NCBI GenBank assembly: GCA_002753225.1
Contig: PDZS01000015.1
Coordinates: 27,223-91,222, forward strand
Direction: 5' to 3'
Length of the DNA stretch: 64,000 bases
Origin: Deltaproteobacteria bacterium YD0425bin51
Lineage (GTDB): Bacteria > Desulfobacterota > Desulfobacteria > Desulfobacterales > YD0425bin51
Shown here: positions 20,026-29,665 of the stretch, in pieces
How positions within the stretch are numbered: position 1 is the stretch's first letter
How the letters are laid out: each line of letters begins with the position of its first letter
The notes under the pieces: model-generated
The model's database searches: none
Told to the model about the DNA's origin: nothing
What the model saw: only the letters and a program-made list of their open reading frames with translations
Program-made: the position numbers and the translations under genes

Positions 20026-20556
20026 ATGCAGAAGAAGGTTGTAGTTTTTTTAATTGGTTTATTTTGTTTACTTGTTATTCCTGTTTATTCAGCAGAAGTT
20101 AAAATTGCAGTTATAGATTTTCAAACTATTTTTGATGTTTCTGAGATAGGAAAGGCAGCAAAAGATGATGTAAATCGACAAGGTGAAAAAATGGCTGCAG
20201 AAGTTAAGAAAAAAAGAGCAGAGCTTGAAGAAATGAAGAAACAGTTAGAGCGTGATTCAATGGTTGGAAATAAGACTAAACTTGAAGAAAAAGCACGCGA
20301 CTTTAGAATAAAAGTAGAAGATTTTAAATTTATGGAACAAAAATATAATGATGAATTTAGGAAAGTGAATGGAGAAGCAGTAAACCGTATTCAGGGTGAA
20401 GTAATGGTAATCATCCAGGAAATTGGTAAAAAAGAAGGATATACTTTGATTTTAGAAAAGCGAGAAACCGGGACATTATATTTATCTAATCAGATTGATA
20501 TAACAGATAGAATTATTCAACTTGCAAATGAAAAATTTAAACAAAAGAAAAAATAA
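20026..20556 (+). CDS. skp: Periplasmic chaperone Skp/OmpH
   Basis: 176 aa. Signal peptide, highly charged coiled-coil body, and canonical position between bamA and lpxD. Confidence 0.8.
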   Translation: MQKKVVVFLIGLFCLLVIPVYSAEVKIAVIDFQTIFDVSEIGKAAKDDVNRQGEKMAAEVKKKRAELEEMKKQLERDSMVGNKTKLEEKARDFRIKVEDFKFMEQKYNDEFRKVNGEAVNRIQGEVMVIIQEIGKKEGYTLILEKRETGTLYLSNQIDITDRIIQLANEKFKQKKK

Positions 20557-20563
20557 ATAAATT

Positions 20564-21589
20564 ATGGAACTATCACTTGGCGAGGTAACAAAACTTGTTT
20601 CAGGAAATTTGATTGGTAATCCAGATAAAAAAATTTATGGAGTTGCCCCTTTTGAGAATTCAACAGAGCTTGATATCACTTATGCTGCAGCTCCAAAATT
20701 TTTAAAACAAATTGAAAACACGCACGCTTGCGCTGTTATTGTTCCAAAATCATTTAAAGAAGGAAATAAATTCCTTATTCAAGCAGATAATCCCCAAATT
20801 GCTTTTATTAAAGTATTATCTGCTTTTCACAAACCACTAAAACCACGATACACTATCTCCGAATCAGCATATATTGGAAAAAATGTAATTTTAGGCAAAA
20901 ATGTTTCAATTGGTCCTTGTGCTGTTATTCAGGATAATGTGAAAATAGGAGATAGAGTTACTATTCATCCAGGAACTGTTATAGGAAATGATGTTCAAAT
21001 TGGAGATGATACGCTGATTTATCCAAATGTCACTATTTTAGATCGTTGTATTTTAGGGAAACGTATTATTATTCATTCAGGTACAGTAATTGGAAGTGAT
21101 GGTTTTGGTTTTGCTTATGATGGTAAAATGAACCATAAAATTAATCATATAGGGATTGTTCAAATAGATGATGATGTTGAAATAGGCGCAAATAATACTA
21201 TAGATAGAGGTACTTTTGGAAAAACATGGATCAAAGATGGAGTAAAGACAGATAATTTAGTTCATATAGCTCATAATGTAACAATAGGCGAAAATAGCAT
21301 AATTGTTGCTCAAGTTGGAATAGCTGGAAGCACAAAGCTTGGAAAACGTGTCATATTGGGAGGACAGACCGGAGTTGCTGGTCATATTACAATTGGCGAT
21401 AATGTTATGGTTGCAGGTCAATCTGGAGTTAGCAAATCTGTTCCAGAAGGTAAAATTGTATCAGGAACCCCTGAGATGCCTCATGATACGTGGTTAAAAG
21501 TTCAAGCTATTATACATAGATTACCTGAAATGAGAAAAAAAATAATAGATTTAGAAAAACAATTAAATGAATTAAAAGCAAAGGATTAA
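20564..21589 (+). CDS. lpxD: UDP-3-O-(3-hydroxyacyl)glucosamine N-acyltransferase
   Basis: 341 aa. N-terminal LpxD domain and left-handed beta-helix hexapeptide repeats; sits in the skp-lpxD-lpxA context. Confidence 0.9.
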   Translation: MELSLGEVTKLVSGNLIGNPDKKIYGVAPFENSTELDITYAAAPKFLKQIENTHACAVIVPKSFKEGNKFLIQADNPQIAFIKVLSAFHKPLKPRYTISESAYIGKNVILGKNVSIGPCAVIQDNVKIGDRVTIHPGTVIGNDVQIGDDTLIYPNVTILDRCILGKRIIIHSGTVIGSDGFGFAYDGKMNHKINHIGIVQIDDDVEIGANNTIDRGTFGKTWIKDGVKTDNLVHIAHNVTIGENSIIVAQVGIAGSTKLGKRVILGGQTGVAGHITIGDNVMVAGQSGVSKSVPEGKIVSGTPEMPHDTWLKVQAIIHRLPEMRKKIIDLEKQLNELKAKD

Positions 21590-21593
21590 TTTT

Positions 21594-22364
21594 ATGATAC
21601 ATCCAGCCGCAATTGTTGATCCAACAGCTAAAGTAGCATCTGATGCTGAGATAGGACCTTACACTGTAATTTCTCATGATGTCATTATCGGAAGCGGAAC
21701 AATTATTGGACCTAACGTTGTAATTGAACCTTATACTGAAATTGGTCCAAAATGCAGGATTTTTCAATTTGCTTCCATTGGCGCAATTCCTCAGGCTATT
21801 AAATTTGAGGGTGAAAAAACACTTTTAAAAATTGGCGGAGGAACTGTCATTAGGGAGTTTGTAACAATTAATCGTGGAACAGGATTTGGGGGAGGAAAAA
21901 CAGAAGTTGGAGAGGAAAACTTTTTAATGGCATATAGTCATATTGCACATGACTGCAAAACAGGAAAAAGAGTAGTTCTCGCTAATAATGCAACTTTAGC
22001 TGGACATATTACTATTGGTAATTATGCAACAATAGGAGGGCTTGTTGCTATACATCAATTTGTCAAAATCGGAGACTATGCATTTGTTGGTGGAAAATCT
22101 GCTGTTGTTAAAGATGTTCCTCCATTTGTCATTGCATCAGGTGATAGAGCAAAGTTATATGGACTGAATTCTGTAGGTCTTAGGCGAAATGGTTTTACAG
22201 ATGAAAAATTGATTCTTTTAAAGAAGGCTTATAGAATTATATTTAGAATCGGGCTTGCTTTAAATGAAGCTATACAGCGTGTTAGAGCAGAGATAGAACA
22301 GATTCCAGAAGTTGTTGAATTTATATCTTTTATTAAATCTTCTGAAAGAGGAATTACTCGTTAA
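21594..22364 (+). CDS. lpxA: Acyl-ACP--UDP-N-acetylglucosamine O-acyltransferase
   Basis: 256 aa. Begins MIHPAAIVDPTAKV like LpxA, with hexapeptide repeats and the C-terminal helical domain. Confidence 0.9.
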   Translation: MIHPAAIVDPTAKVASDAEIGPYTVISHDVIIGSGTIIGPNVVIEPYTEIGPKCRIFQFASIGAIPQAIKFEGEKTLLKIGGGTVIREFVTINRGTGFGGGKTEVGEENFLMAYSHIAHDCKTGKRVVLANNATLAGHITIGNYATIGGLVAIHQFVKIGDYAFVGGKSAVVKDVPPFVIASGDRAKLYGLNSVGLRRNGFTDEKLILLKKAYRIIFRIGLALNEAIQRVRAEIEQIPEVVEFISFIKSSERGITR

Positions 22365-22371
22365 TTTAAAT

Positions 22372-23175
22372 ATGAATAAAATAGGACTTATTGCTGGCAA
22401 TGGGCAGTTTCCCATTATGTTTGCAAAAAAAGCTAAAGAAAAAGGTATATCAGTTTATGCTGTTGCTCATATAAATGAAACAGAAGAAAGCTTAAAAGAT
22501 TTTGTTTTTAAGATTGAATGGATACATGTGGGACAGCTTAAAAAACTGATAGATATGTTTAAGTCCAATGGTGTAACAGATGCAGTAATGGTTGGCGGAA
22601 TTAAGAAAACTAGAATGTTTTATGATGTAAAACCAGATATTAAAGCTATAAAACTTATATCCAATATAAAAACCACTCATGATGATGGACTGCTTAGAGC
22701 TGTTGCTGATACAATAGAACAAGAAGGAATTACAATAAAAGCCTCTACTTTTCTTATGCCTGAACTTATAGCTGATAAAGGATGCTGGACAAAAAGAAAG
22801 CCTAGCCGTACTGAAAGAGCAGATATTGATATAGGCTGGAAAATAGCAAAAGAGCTTGGAAAACTAGATGTTGGGCAATCCGTTGTAGTCAGCAAGAGAT
22901 CAGTTCTGGCATTAGAAGCTATAGATGGGACTGATGCTACAATTTCAAGAGCTGGAAATTTGGCTAAAGCTGAAGAAATAGTAGTTGTAAAAGTCTGCAA
23001 GCCTAATCAGGATATGCGTTTTGATGTACCAGCAATTGGTTCAAAAACAATACAAACAATGTATGAGGCAAAAGCTACAGCTCTTGCAATTGAAGCAGGA
23101 AAAGCTCTTGTTTTTGATAAAGAAGAAATGGTAAGTTTGGCTAATAAATTTAATATTTCTATAATTGCTTTATAG
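22372..23175 (+). CDS. lpxI: UDP-2,3-diacylglucosamine pyrophosphatase LpxI (DUF1009)
   Basis: Begins MNKIGLIAGNGQFP as LpxI proteins do, with the LpxI_C region (DVPAIGSKTIQTMYEAKATALAIEAGK). Lies between lpxA and lpxB. The track start at 22312 is a TTG overlapping lpxA. Confidence 0.72.
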   Translation: MNKIGLIAGNGQFPIMFAKKAKEKGISVYAVAHINETEESLKDFVFKIEWIHVGQLKKLIDMFKSNGVTDAVMVGGIKKTRMFYDVKPDIKAIKLISNIKTTHDDGLLRAVADTIEQEGITIKASTFLMPELIADKGCWTKRKPSRTERADIDIGWKIAKELGKLDVGQSVVVSKRSVLALEAIDGTDATISRAGNLAKAEEIVVVKVCKPNQDMRFDVPAIGSKTIQTMYEAKATALAIEAGKALVFDKEEMVSLANKFNISIIAL

Positions 23176-23185
23176 GTTTATTTTT

Positions 23186-24142
23186 ATGAAAAAAATTCGA
23201 GTAGGCGTTGTTGGCGTTGGATATCTTGGAAAATTCCATGCAGAGAAGTATGCAAATATTGAAGATGTTGAACTTGTAGGTGTTGTTGATGTAAATCATG
23301 AAAATGCTTGCAAAATAGCTGAAAATGTCAAAACCAGACCTTATTGTAATCATAAAGAGCTTATAGGTAAAGTAGATGCTGTAAGCATTGTTGTTCCAAC
23401 ACAATTTCATTTTTCTGTTGCCAAGGATTTTTTAGAAAATGGAGCTGATGTTTTAATAGAAAAACCAATAACAACAACTGTTGATGAAGCAGATGAATTA
23501 ATAAAAATTGCCAATTCAAAGGGCTTAATTATACAGGTAGGTCATCTGGAAAGATTCAATCCTGCAGTTTTGGCTGTGAAAGATATTGTAAATAAACCAA
23601 TTTTTATAGAATCCCATCGCTTGGGAATTTATAAAGAAAGAGGAATTGATGTAAGCGTAGTTTTAGATCTGATGATTCACGATATTGATATTATAAGAAG
23701 TTTTGTAAAATCAGATATAAAAGAACTAAGAGCTTCAGGCGTTGCTGTTATATCCTCAAATATTGATATAGCAAATGCTAGAATTGAATTTAAAAGCGGA
23801 TGTGTGGCAAATGTAACAGCAAGTCGAATTTCCATGAAAAACGAGCGCAAGATAAGACTATTTCAAAAAGATGCTTATGTATCTGTTGATTTTGCAAATC
23901 ATGAAATTGTTGTAATACAGCCTACAGAAGGTAAAACAGGAGATGAACTGATTCCTGGCATGAATATTAATAAGCGTTCTTTTGATAAAAGCGACGCTCT
24001 ATACGAAGAATTAAAATCATTTGTAAAATCAGTTAAAAACCGTGAAACTCCAGAAGTTTCAGGAATTGTTGGAAGAGATGCCTTAAAGGTTGCTCTGAAT
24101 ATAATAGATCAAATAAAAATTTCCATGCCCTCATATCCATAA
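23186..24142 (+). CDS. Gfo/Idh/MocA family NAD(P)-dependent oxidoreductase (possible UDP-GlcNAc 3-dehydrogenase GnnA)
   Basis: Rossmann N-terminus MKKIRVGVVGVGYLGKFH, a conserved EKP motif and the GFO_IDH_MocA C-domain. Its position between lpxI and lpxB is what suggests GnnA. The track start at 23165 is TTG. Confidence 0.78.
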   Translation: MKKIRVGVVGVGYLGKFHAEKYANIEDVELVGVVDVNHENACKIAENVKTRPYCNHKELIGKVDAVSIVVPTQFHFSVAKDFLENGADVLIEKPITTTVDEADELIKIANSKGLIIQVGHLERFNPAVLAVKDIVNKPIFIESHRLGIYKERGIDVSVVLDLMIHDIDIIRSFVKSDIKELRASGVAVISSNIDIANARIEFKSGCVANVTASRISMKNERKIRLFQKDAYVSVDFANHEIVVIQPTEGKTGDELIPGMNINKRSFDKSDALYEELKSFVKSVKNRETPEVSGIVGRDALKVALNIIDQIKISMPSYP

Positions 24143-24149
24143 AATTCTA

Positions 24150-24569
24150 ATGAAATTCGTCAAGAATGAAATAATAATTAAAAAAGTTCAGCAAGAATTA
24201 GATAAAATAGAATCTGTAGTATCTGCCTATATTTTTGGATCTATTTTGAAAAAGGGTGTTTTTAACGATATTGATATTTTGATACTTCTAAACAATCAAG
24301 CAGATAAAAATTCTATATTCTTAGAATTACCTTGTAATTTGGCTAGATCTTTAAATATTTCTTCTAATAAAATTGATATTCTTAATTTTGATCTAAGAGA
24401 AGCAAATCCTATTGTTTTAATTAAAGCAGTCAAAGGAAGATTAATTAAAAATGTAGATGATGAACTCTTAACAGACAAATTAGAAGAACTATCATGTTTT
24501 TTTTTAATGAATGAGCCTATTTTATATTATAGAAAAGAGCTTTTGAGAGAATTATTATATGAATATTGA
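24150..24569 (+). CDS. Minimal nucleotidyltransferase (MNT) antitoxin of a HepT/MNT toxin-antitoxin pair
   Basis: 139 aa. GSILKKGVFNDIDILI matches the GSx(n)DxD NTase signature. Overlaps the downstream HepT gene by 11 nt. Confidence 0.7.
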   Translation: MKFVKNEIIIKKVQQELDKIESVVSAYIFGSILKKGVFNDIDILILLNNQADKNSIFLELPCNLARSLNISSNKIDILNFDLREANPIVLIKAVKGRLIKNVDDELLTDKLEELSCFFLMNEPILYYRKELLRELLYEY

Positions 24570-24894
24570 TGTATATAGGATTTCTCAATACCTAAATGAA
24601 ATAGATGAACAAATCTCCTTGATAAATAAAATCCTTAAAACAGATGATAACGAACTTCTAAATGATTTAATTAAGCTTAATGCTCTCAAATATTCTGTGA
24701 TTCTTATCTCAAGCGAGCTAAAAATAAAATTAAAACCTTTTTTTCGAGTTAGAAATATGATCGTTCATAGATACTGGAAATTAGATAATTCAAATTTTCT
24801 TAAGGATTTAAGACAAGGTGTTGAAGATTTTCGTGAATTTCATGTTGAAGTCAAACAATTTTTACAGGGTTGTGTAAATGAAAAATCCCTTTGA
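24559..24894 (+). CDS. HepT-like (DUF86, HEPN) toxin
   Basis: 111 aa. RNMIVHRYW matches the HEPN Rx4HxY motif. Overlaps the MNT gene. Confidence 0.7.
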   Translation: MNIDVYRISQYLNEIDEQISLINKILKTDDNELLNDLIKLNALKYSVILISSELKIKLKPFFRVRNMIVHRYWKLDNSNFLKDLRQGVEDFREFHVEVKQFLQGCVNEKSL

Positions 24895-26023
24895 ACAAAA
24901 ATGCGTTATGATTATTGCTGGAGAAGCATCAGGGGATCTTCATGGCTCAAACTTAGTTTATGCAATGCGGAGAAAATGCAGCTCTATTTTTTTTTGTGGC
25001 ATTGGCGGCGAAAGGTTAAAGGATAGCGGGGTAAGAATTCTATTTGATGCTGCAAAATTATCTGTAGTTGGAATTACTGAAGTCATTTCAAAACTTCCAA
25101 CTATTTTAAAAGGTATGAATATTTCCAAAAATACTTTAAAAATCTTAAAACCTGATCTTTTGATTTTAATTGATTTTCCTGATTTTAATTTTGTAGTAGC
25201 ATCTTATGCTAAAAAGCTTAATATTCCTGTTCTCTATTATATAAGTCCTCAAGTTTGGGCTTGGAGGCAGGGAAGGGTGAAAAAAATCAGAAAATTAGTA
25301 GATCACTTAGCTGTTATTTTACCTTTTGAAGCTTCTTTTTTTAAAAAACATGATGTTCCAGTAACATTTGTTGGTCATCCCCTTCTTGATCACTTAAGCT
25401 TAGAACCAATAAAAAAAATACCGCAAATTGTTTCAGCAATAGGTCTTTTGCCTGGTTCACGAAATAGTGAAATTAAAAAACTTTTGCCTACAATGATAGA
25501 GACAGCAGAGGTTTTGACTAAACGTATAGGTAATATTAAATTTATTCTTTCTGTATCTCCAACAGTAGACAGATTGTATGTAGAAAAAATTATAAATACT
25601 TATCAAAAAGAGAGTGTTATTGAAATATCAACAGATAATGTTTATGAAGTTTTTAAAAGAAGTATTATGGTAATCGCAGCATCTGGAACAGTAACTTTAG
25701 AAGCTGCAATTGCCTGCATTCCTACTGTAATTATTTATAAAGTATCATCTTTAAGCTATTTTTTAGGTAAAGCATTGATAAAAGTCAATTTTATAGGTTT
25801 AATTAATCTTATTGCAGGTGAAGAAATTTTCCCAGAACTTCTGCAAAAAGAAGCAACACCAGAAAATATTTCTGAAATAGTTTATAAAATGATAAGTACG
25901 CCATCTACTCTGAATCAAATAAAAGATAAGCTTTTCAATGCTAGAAAACTGTTAGGTGAACCAGGCGCTTCAAACCGCACCGCAGATATTGCAATTAATA
26001 TGCTCGAAGGTATGAAAATATGA
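24878..26023 (+). CDS. lpxB: Lipid-A-disaccharide synthase
   Basis: 381 aa with a GT-B fold. Begins MIIAGEASGDLHGSNL, characteristic of LpxB. Confidence 0.9.
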   Translation: MKNPFEQKCVMIIAGEASGDLHGSNLVYAMRRKCSSIFFCGIGGERLKDSGVRILFDAAKLSVVGITEVISKLPTILKGMNISKNTLKILKPDLLILIDFPDFNFVVASYAKKLNIPVLYYISPQVWAWRQGRVKKIRKLVDHLAVILPFEASFFKKHDVPVTFVGHPLLDHLSLEPIKKIPQIVSAIGLLPGSRNSEIKKLLPTMIETAEVLTKRIGNIKFILSVSPTVDRLYVEKIINTYQKESVIEISTDNVYEVFKRSIMVIAASGTVTLEAAIACIPTVIIYKVSSLSYFLGKALIKVNFIGLINLIAGEEIFPELLQKEATPENISEIVYKMISTPSTLNQIKDKLFNARKLLGEPGASNRTADIAINMLEGMKI

Positions 26024-27747
26024 CAGATAGATATAAAAACTTACTTCTACTTATAAAAGAAAACTGGCATAGACTAGTTTTAGCAATGTTTTGCATGCTA
26101 CTTGTCTCTATTGCAACATCAGTAACAGCTTTTTTAGTAAAACCTGTTTTAGATGACATATTTTTTAAACAAAACGCAAAAATGTTAATATTTATACCTA
26201 TTGCAGTTGTTTTTGTATATTTAATTCGTGGAATTGGATCTTATGGCCAAGAATATCTGATGAATTATGTTGGAGAGAGTATTATTAAACATTTGCGTGA
26301 TAGTCTTTATTATAACATACAAGATTTACCACTCTCTTTTTTTCATAAAGAAAAAACAGGTGTTTTAATGTCAAGGATTACAAATGATGTAAATATTGTA
26401 AAAACTATGGTATCGACTGCTGTAACTAGCTCCCTTAGGGATATCTTCACAATCTTAGGTTTGACTATTGTTATTTTTTATAGAGATTGGATAATGGCAT
26501 CTTTTGCTTTTATTGTTTTGCCAATAGCTTTTTTTCCTATTGTCAAATTTGGGAGAAAAGTTAGAAAGGTAAGTACTGGAAGGCAAGAAGTGATGGCAGA
26601 TTTAAATACTTTTCTGCATGAAACATTTTCAGGAAATATGATTGTTAAAGCTTTTTGTATGGAAGAATATGAAAAAAAGAGATTTTTTGAAAAAACAAAG
26701 AATCTATTCAGGCTTGAAATGAAGGCAGTAGTTGCAAAGTCTCTTTCTTCACCAATTATGGAATTTTTAGCAGGAGTAGGTATTGCTTTTATAATCTGGT
26801 ATGGAGGATATATGGTAATAAAAGGGACATCAACTCCTGGTACATTTTTTTCTTTTATGGCTGCAGTACTTATGCTCTATGATCCAGTAAAAAAATTGAG
26901 TAATTTAAATAATGCTGTTCAAGAGGGAATTGCTGCTGCAAACAGGGTCTATGATATAATTGAAAAAAAATCAGAAATAAAAGAAATTGAGAATCCTATT
27001 CTTCTTAAGCAGGGACCACATAATATTAATTTAAAAAATGTTTATTTTAAATATGACGAAAATAGTACAGTTTTACATGATATAAATTTAAATGTGCTAT
27101 CAGGTGAAATAATAGCCTTAGTTGGCGAAAGCGGAGGAGGAAAAACTTCTCTGGTAAATTTAATTCCCAGATTTTATGATGTAAGTTCTGGATTGATCTT
27201 AATTGATGATATAGATATTCGAAATATATCATTACATTCACTCAGGAGCCAAATAGCAATTGTAACGCAGAGCCCCATCCTTTTTAATGATACTATAAGG
27301 AATAATATAGCTTATGGTAATTTAGATGCAAATGAAGAAGATATAATAAATGCAGCGAAAGCAGCATTTGCTTACGAATTTATTGAAAGTTTTCCTGATA
27401 AATTTAATACAAATATTGGGGAGCTTGGTAGCCGACTTTCTGGAGGGGAAAAACAGCGCCTTTGCATAGCAAGAGCTATACTAAAAAATGCTCCTATACT
27501 TATTATGGATGAGGCAACTTCTTCATTAGACGCTGAATCTGAGATGTGGGTGCAAAAAGCCCTTGAAAATTTGATGAAGGGACGTACAACATTTGTTATT
27601 GCCCATAGATTGTCTACAATAAGTTATGCAAATAAAATTATAACAATTGTAGATGGTAGAATTGTTGAAGAGGGTACACATGAAGAGCTTATGGCTCTTT
27701 GCGGAGAATATTACAAATTACATCAGATGCAGTTTTCCCAAGAATGA
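26020..27747 (+). CDS. msbA: Lipid A export ATP-binding/permease protein MsbA
   Basis: 575 aa. Six-TM ABC exporter domain plus NBD (GESGGGKTS, LSGGEKQR, ILIMDEATS), directly after lpxB. Confidence 0.88.
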   Translation: MTDRYKNLLLLIKENWHRLVLAMFCMLLVSIATSVTAFLVKPVLDDIFFKQNAKMLIFIPIAVVFVYLIRGIGSYGQEYLMNYVGESIIKHLRDSLYYNIQDLPLSFFHKEKTGVLMSRITNDVNIVKTMVSTAVTSSLRDIFTILGLTIVIFYRDWIMASFAFIVLPIAFFPIVKFGRKVRKVSTGRQEVMADLNTFLHETFSGNMIVKAFCMEEYEKKRFFEKTKNLFRLEMKAVVAKSLSSPIMEFLAGVGIAFIIWYGGYMVIKGTSTPGTFFSFMAAVLMLYDPVKKLSNLNNAVQEGIAAANRVYDIIEKKSEIKEIENPILLKQGPHNINLKNVYFKYDENSTVLHDINLNVLSGEIIALVGESGGGKTSLVNLIPRFYDVSSGLILIDDIDIRNISLHSLRSQIAIVTQSPILFNDTIRNNIAYGNLDANEEDIINAAKAAFAYEFIESFPDKFNTNIGELGSRLSGGEKQRLCIARAILKNAPILIMDEATSSLDAESEMWVQKALENLMKGRTTFVIAHRLSTISYANKIITIVDGRIVEEGTHEELMALCGEYYKLHQMQFSQE

Positions 27748-28835
27748 AAATTATAACCCGCTATATATTCAAGGAAATGCTCCCCCCTTTTTTTATAAAT
27801 ATCATATTTTTCACTTTTATTTTCTTAATGGTTCAGCTTTTAGAAATTACTAACATGGTAGTTAATTATCAAATGAGTATAATAGTTGTTGGGCTTATGC
27901 TTGTTTATTCAATGCCTTATTTTTTAGTCTTTGTAATTCCAATGTCTGTTATGATGTCAGTTTTATTAACTTTTTTAAGACTATCAAGCGATAATGAAAT
28001 TGTAGCTTTAAAATCTTGCGGTTTTAGCAATTATACATTTTTAAGACCTGCATTTTTGTTTGCATTTATTGGTTGGGCAATCACTTCTTTAATGATTATT
28101 TATGGTATGCCAAATGGGGAAATGGCATTTAAAGGTTTAATCTCTAAAATAGCTCAATCCAGCTTGCATATTGGACTGAAAGAAAGAACTTTCAACGATA
28201 GCTTTAAAGGTGTCACGATCTATGTATCCAAAATTAATCCCAAAGATAAATCTCTTCAGGACATATTTATAGAAGATCAAAGAACAGAGAACATGATTAG
28301 CACAGTTATTGCACCAAAAGGAGTTATTTTAAAAGATATTAATCAAAATATCTTTCATCTGAGACTACATGATGGAACTATAAATCAAGTTTCTCTTGAG
28401 AGAAAAACAACAAATGCCATTCATTTTGATGTATATGATGTTAAACTTGATTTAGAAAAAGCAATTTCAGGTGTAAAAACTGATACAAAATCTGAAAAAG
28501 AGATGCTGCTGTCAGAGCTTAAAGATACATTAAAGAGTAAGACAAGAGATAGGAAATATTATGCAGCAGCAATAGAATTTCATAAAAAGTTTTCAATACC
28601 TTTTTCATGTATTGTTTTAGGATTCCTTGCTGTGCCTCTGGGATTACACGCTAAATCTTCAAGACCTTCTTTAGGGCTTGGTCTTGGACTTATTTTTTTT
28701 CTTCTTTACTACCTATTATTATCAGCAGGGAGAGTTTTTGCTGAAAAGGGGACATTTCCGCCGGAAGTCGGCATGTGGTCCCCTAATATTTTAATGGCTT
28801 TAATTGGTATATATTTATTTTATAGACGTCTATAA
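27744..28835 (+). CDS. LPS export ABC permease, LptF/LptG (YjgP/YjgQ) family
   Basis: Begins MKIITRYIFKEM, the typical YjgP/YjgQ start. Six TM helices with a periplasmic beta-jellyroll. The ATG overlaps the msbA stop (ATGA). Confidence 0.75.
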   Translation: MKIITRYIFKEMLPPFFINIIFFTFIFLMVQLLEITNMVVNYQMSIIVVGLMLVYSMPYFLVFVIPMSVMMSVLLTFLRLSSDNEIVALKSCGFSNYTFLRPAFLFAFIGWAITSLMIIYGMPNGEMAFKGLISKIAQSSLHIGLKERTFNDSFKGVTIYVSKINPKDKSLQDIFIEDQRTENMISTVIAPKGVILKDINQNIFHLRLHDGTINQVSLERKTTNAIHFDVYDVKLDLEKAISGVKTDTKSEKEMLLSELKDTLKSKTRDRKYYAAAIEFHKKFSIPFSCIVLGFLAVPLGLHAKSSRPSLGLGLGLIFFLLYYLLLSAGRVFAEKGTFPPEVGMWSPNILMALIGIYLFYRRL

Positions 28836-28842
28836 TAAATAA

Positions 28843-29637
28843 TTATTGCAGCCATTTTTTCCTTATTTCATCATATTTTCCACTCTTTTTTAATTCAATT
28901 AGTTCTTTTTCAAATTTTTCTCCAACTTCTTTTATGTTTGGATAGCTAGATTTCTTTGCAAATGGCATTGGATAGTTTTTAGAATATAATACCGTTTCAT
29001 AATAAGTAATTTCATTTTGCAAGTTTAATTTTTTTACTCCATAAAGTCCTACAGTCTTATCTACGATATATAGGTCAATTCTTCCTGCAGCTAGTTTTTT
29101 GATGTTTGTTTCCATATCAACAGCTTCATCCAGTTGTGCGTTTATTTTTTTCTTTTCAGTATCAGCATATGGAAAAGCCTGCCAAAAAGCATCATTATAT
29201 GAGTTTCCTCTAATAACACCTATTTTAAGGTTATTTTTTTTAGCGTCTTCATAACCTTTAAATTCAGGAAGTTTTTTATCTTTTTTCACAAAAAATACGA
29301 CTTCGCTAACCCACATGCTCTCATTTGGATAGTATAAAAACTCTTCACGTTCTGCTTTTTTAGAAGTTGAAAATGAGGCATCAGCTTCACCTTTTTGAAG
29401 CATTTCCCATGCTCTTGCCCAAGGTAGTATTTTTACTTCGAAATCAATATTTAATTTTTTTAAAATTTCTGAAGCAATATCAACATCAATTCCAGTAGGT
29501 TTTTTATCCTGATCTAAAAATTCAAATGGAGGCCACTCCTCTGCAACTACAATTATTTTTTTTTCTGCAGCTAAAACATTTGCATAGATAAATAAAACTG
29601 CAAAGAATGTTAAGAAATACAAAGTAGATTTTTTCAT
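28843..29637 (-). CDS. ABC transporter periplasmic substrate-binding protein, family 3 (polar amino acid type)
   Basis: 264 aa, signal peptide, SBP_bac_3-like. No cognate permease or ATPase is adjacent. Confidence 0.68.
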   Translation of the reverse strand: MKKSTLYFLTFFAVLFIYANVLAAEKKIIVVAEEWPPFEFLDQDKKPTGIDVDIASEILKKLNIDFEVKILPWARAWEMLQKGEADASFSTSKKAEREEFLYYPNESMWVSEVVFFVKKDKKLPEFKGYEDAKKNNLKIGVIRGNSYNDAFWQAFPYADTEKKKINAQLDEAVDMETNIKKLAAGRIDLYIVDKTVGLYGVKKLNLQNEITYYETVLYSKNYPMPFAKKSSYPNIKEVGEKFEKELIELKKSGKYDEIRKKWLQ

Positions 29638-29665
29638 TTTTCCCCCTTAATTATTTTTTTTACTG

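Noticed and set aside
22312-22371. Upstream extensions of track ORFs starting at TTG (lpxI 22312, oxidoreductase 23165, LptF/G 27699, BamA 17360, radical SAM 8583, NTase-like 15926)
   Set aside because: These extensions overlap the preceding gene and begin with TTG. In-frame ATG codons with sensible spacing and native-looking N-termini (MNKIGLIAGNG, MKKIRVGVVG, MKIITRYIF, MQRYFLL, MSFQYLFGPVPSRRLG) lie just downstream and were used instead.
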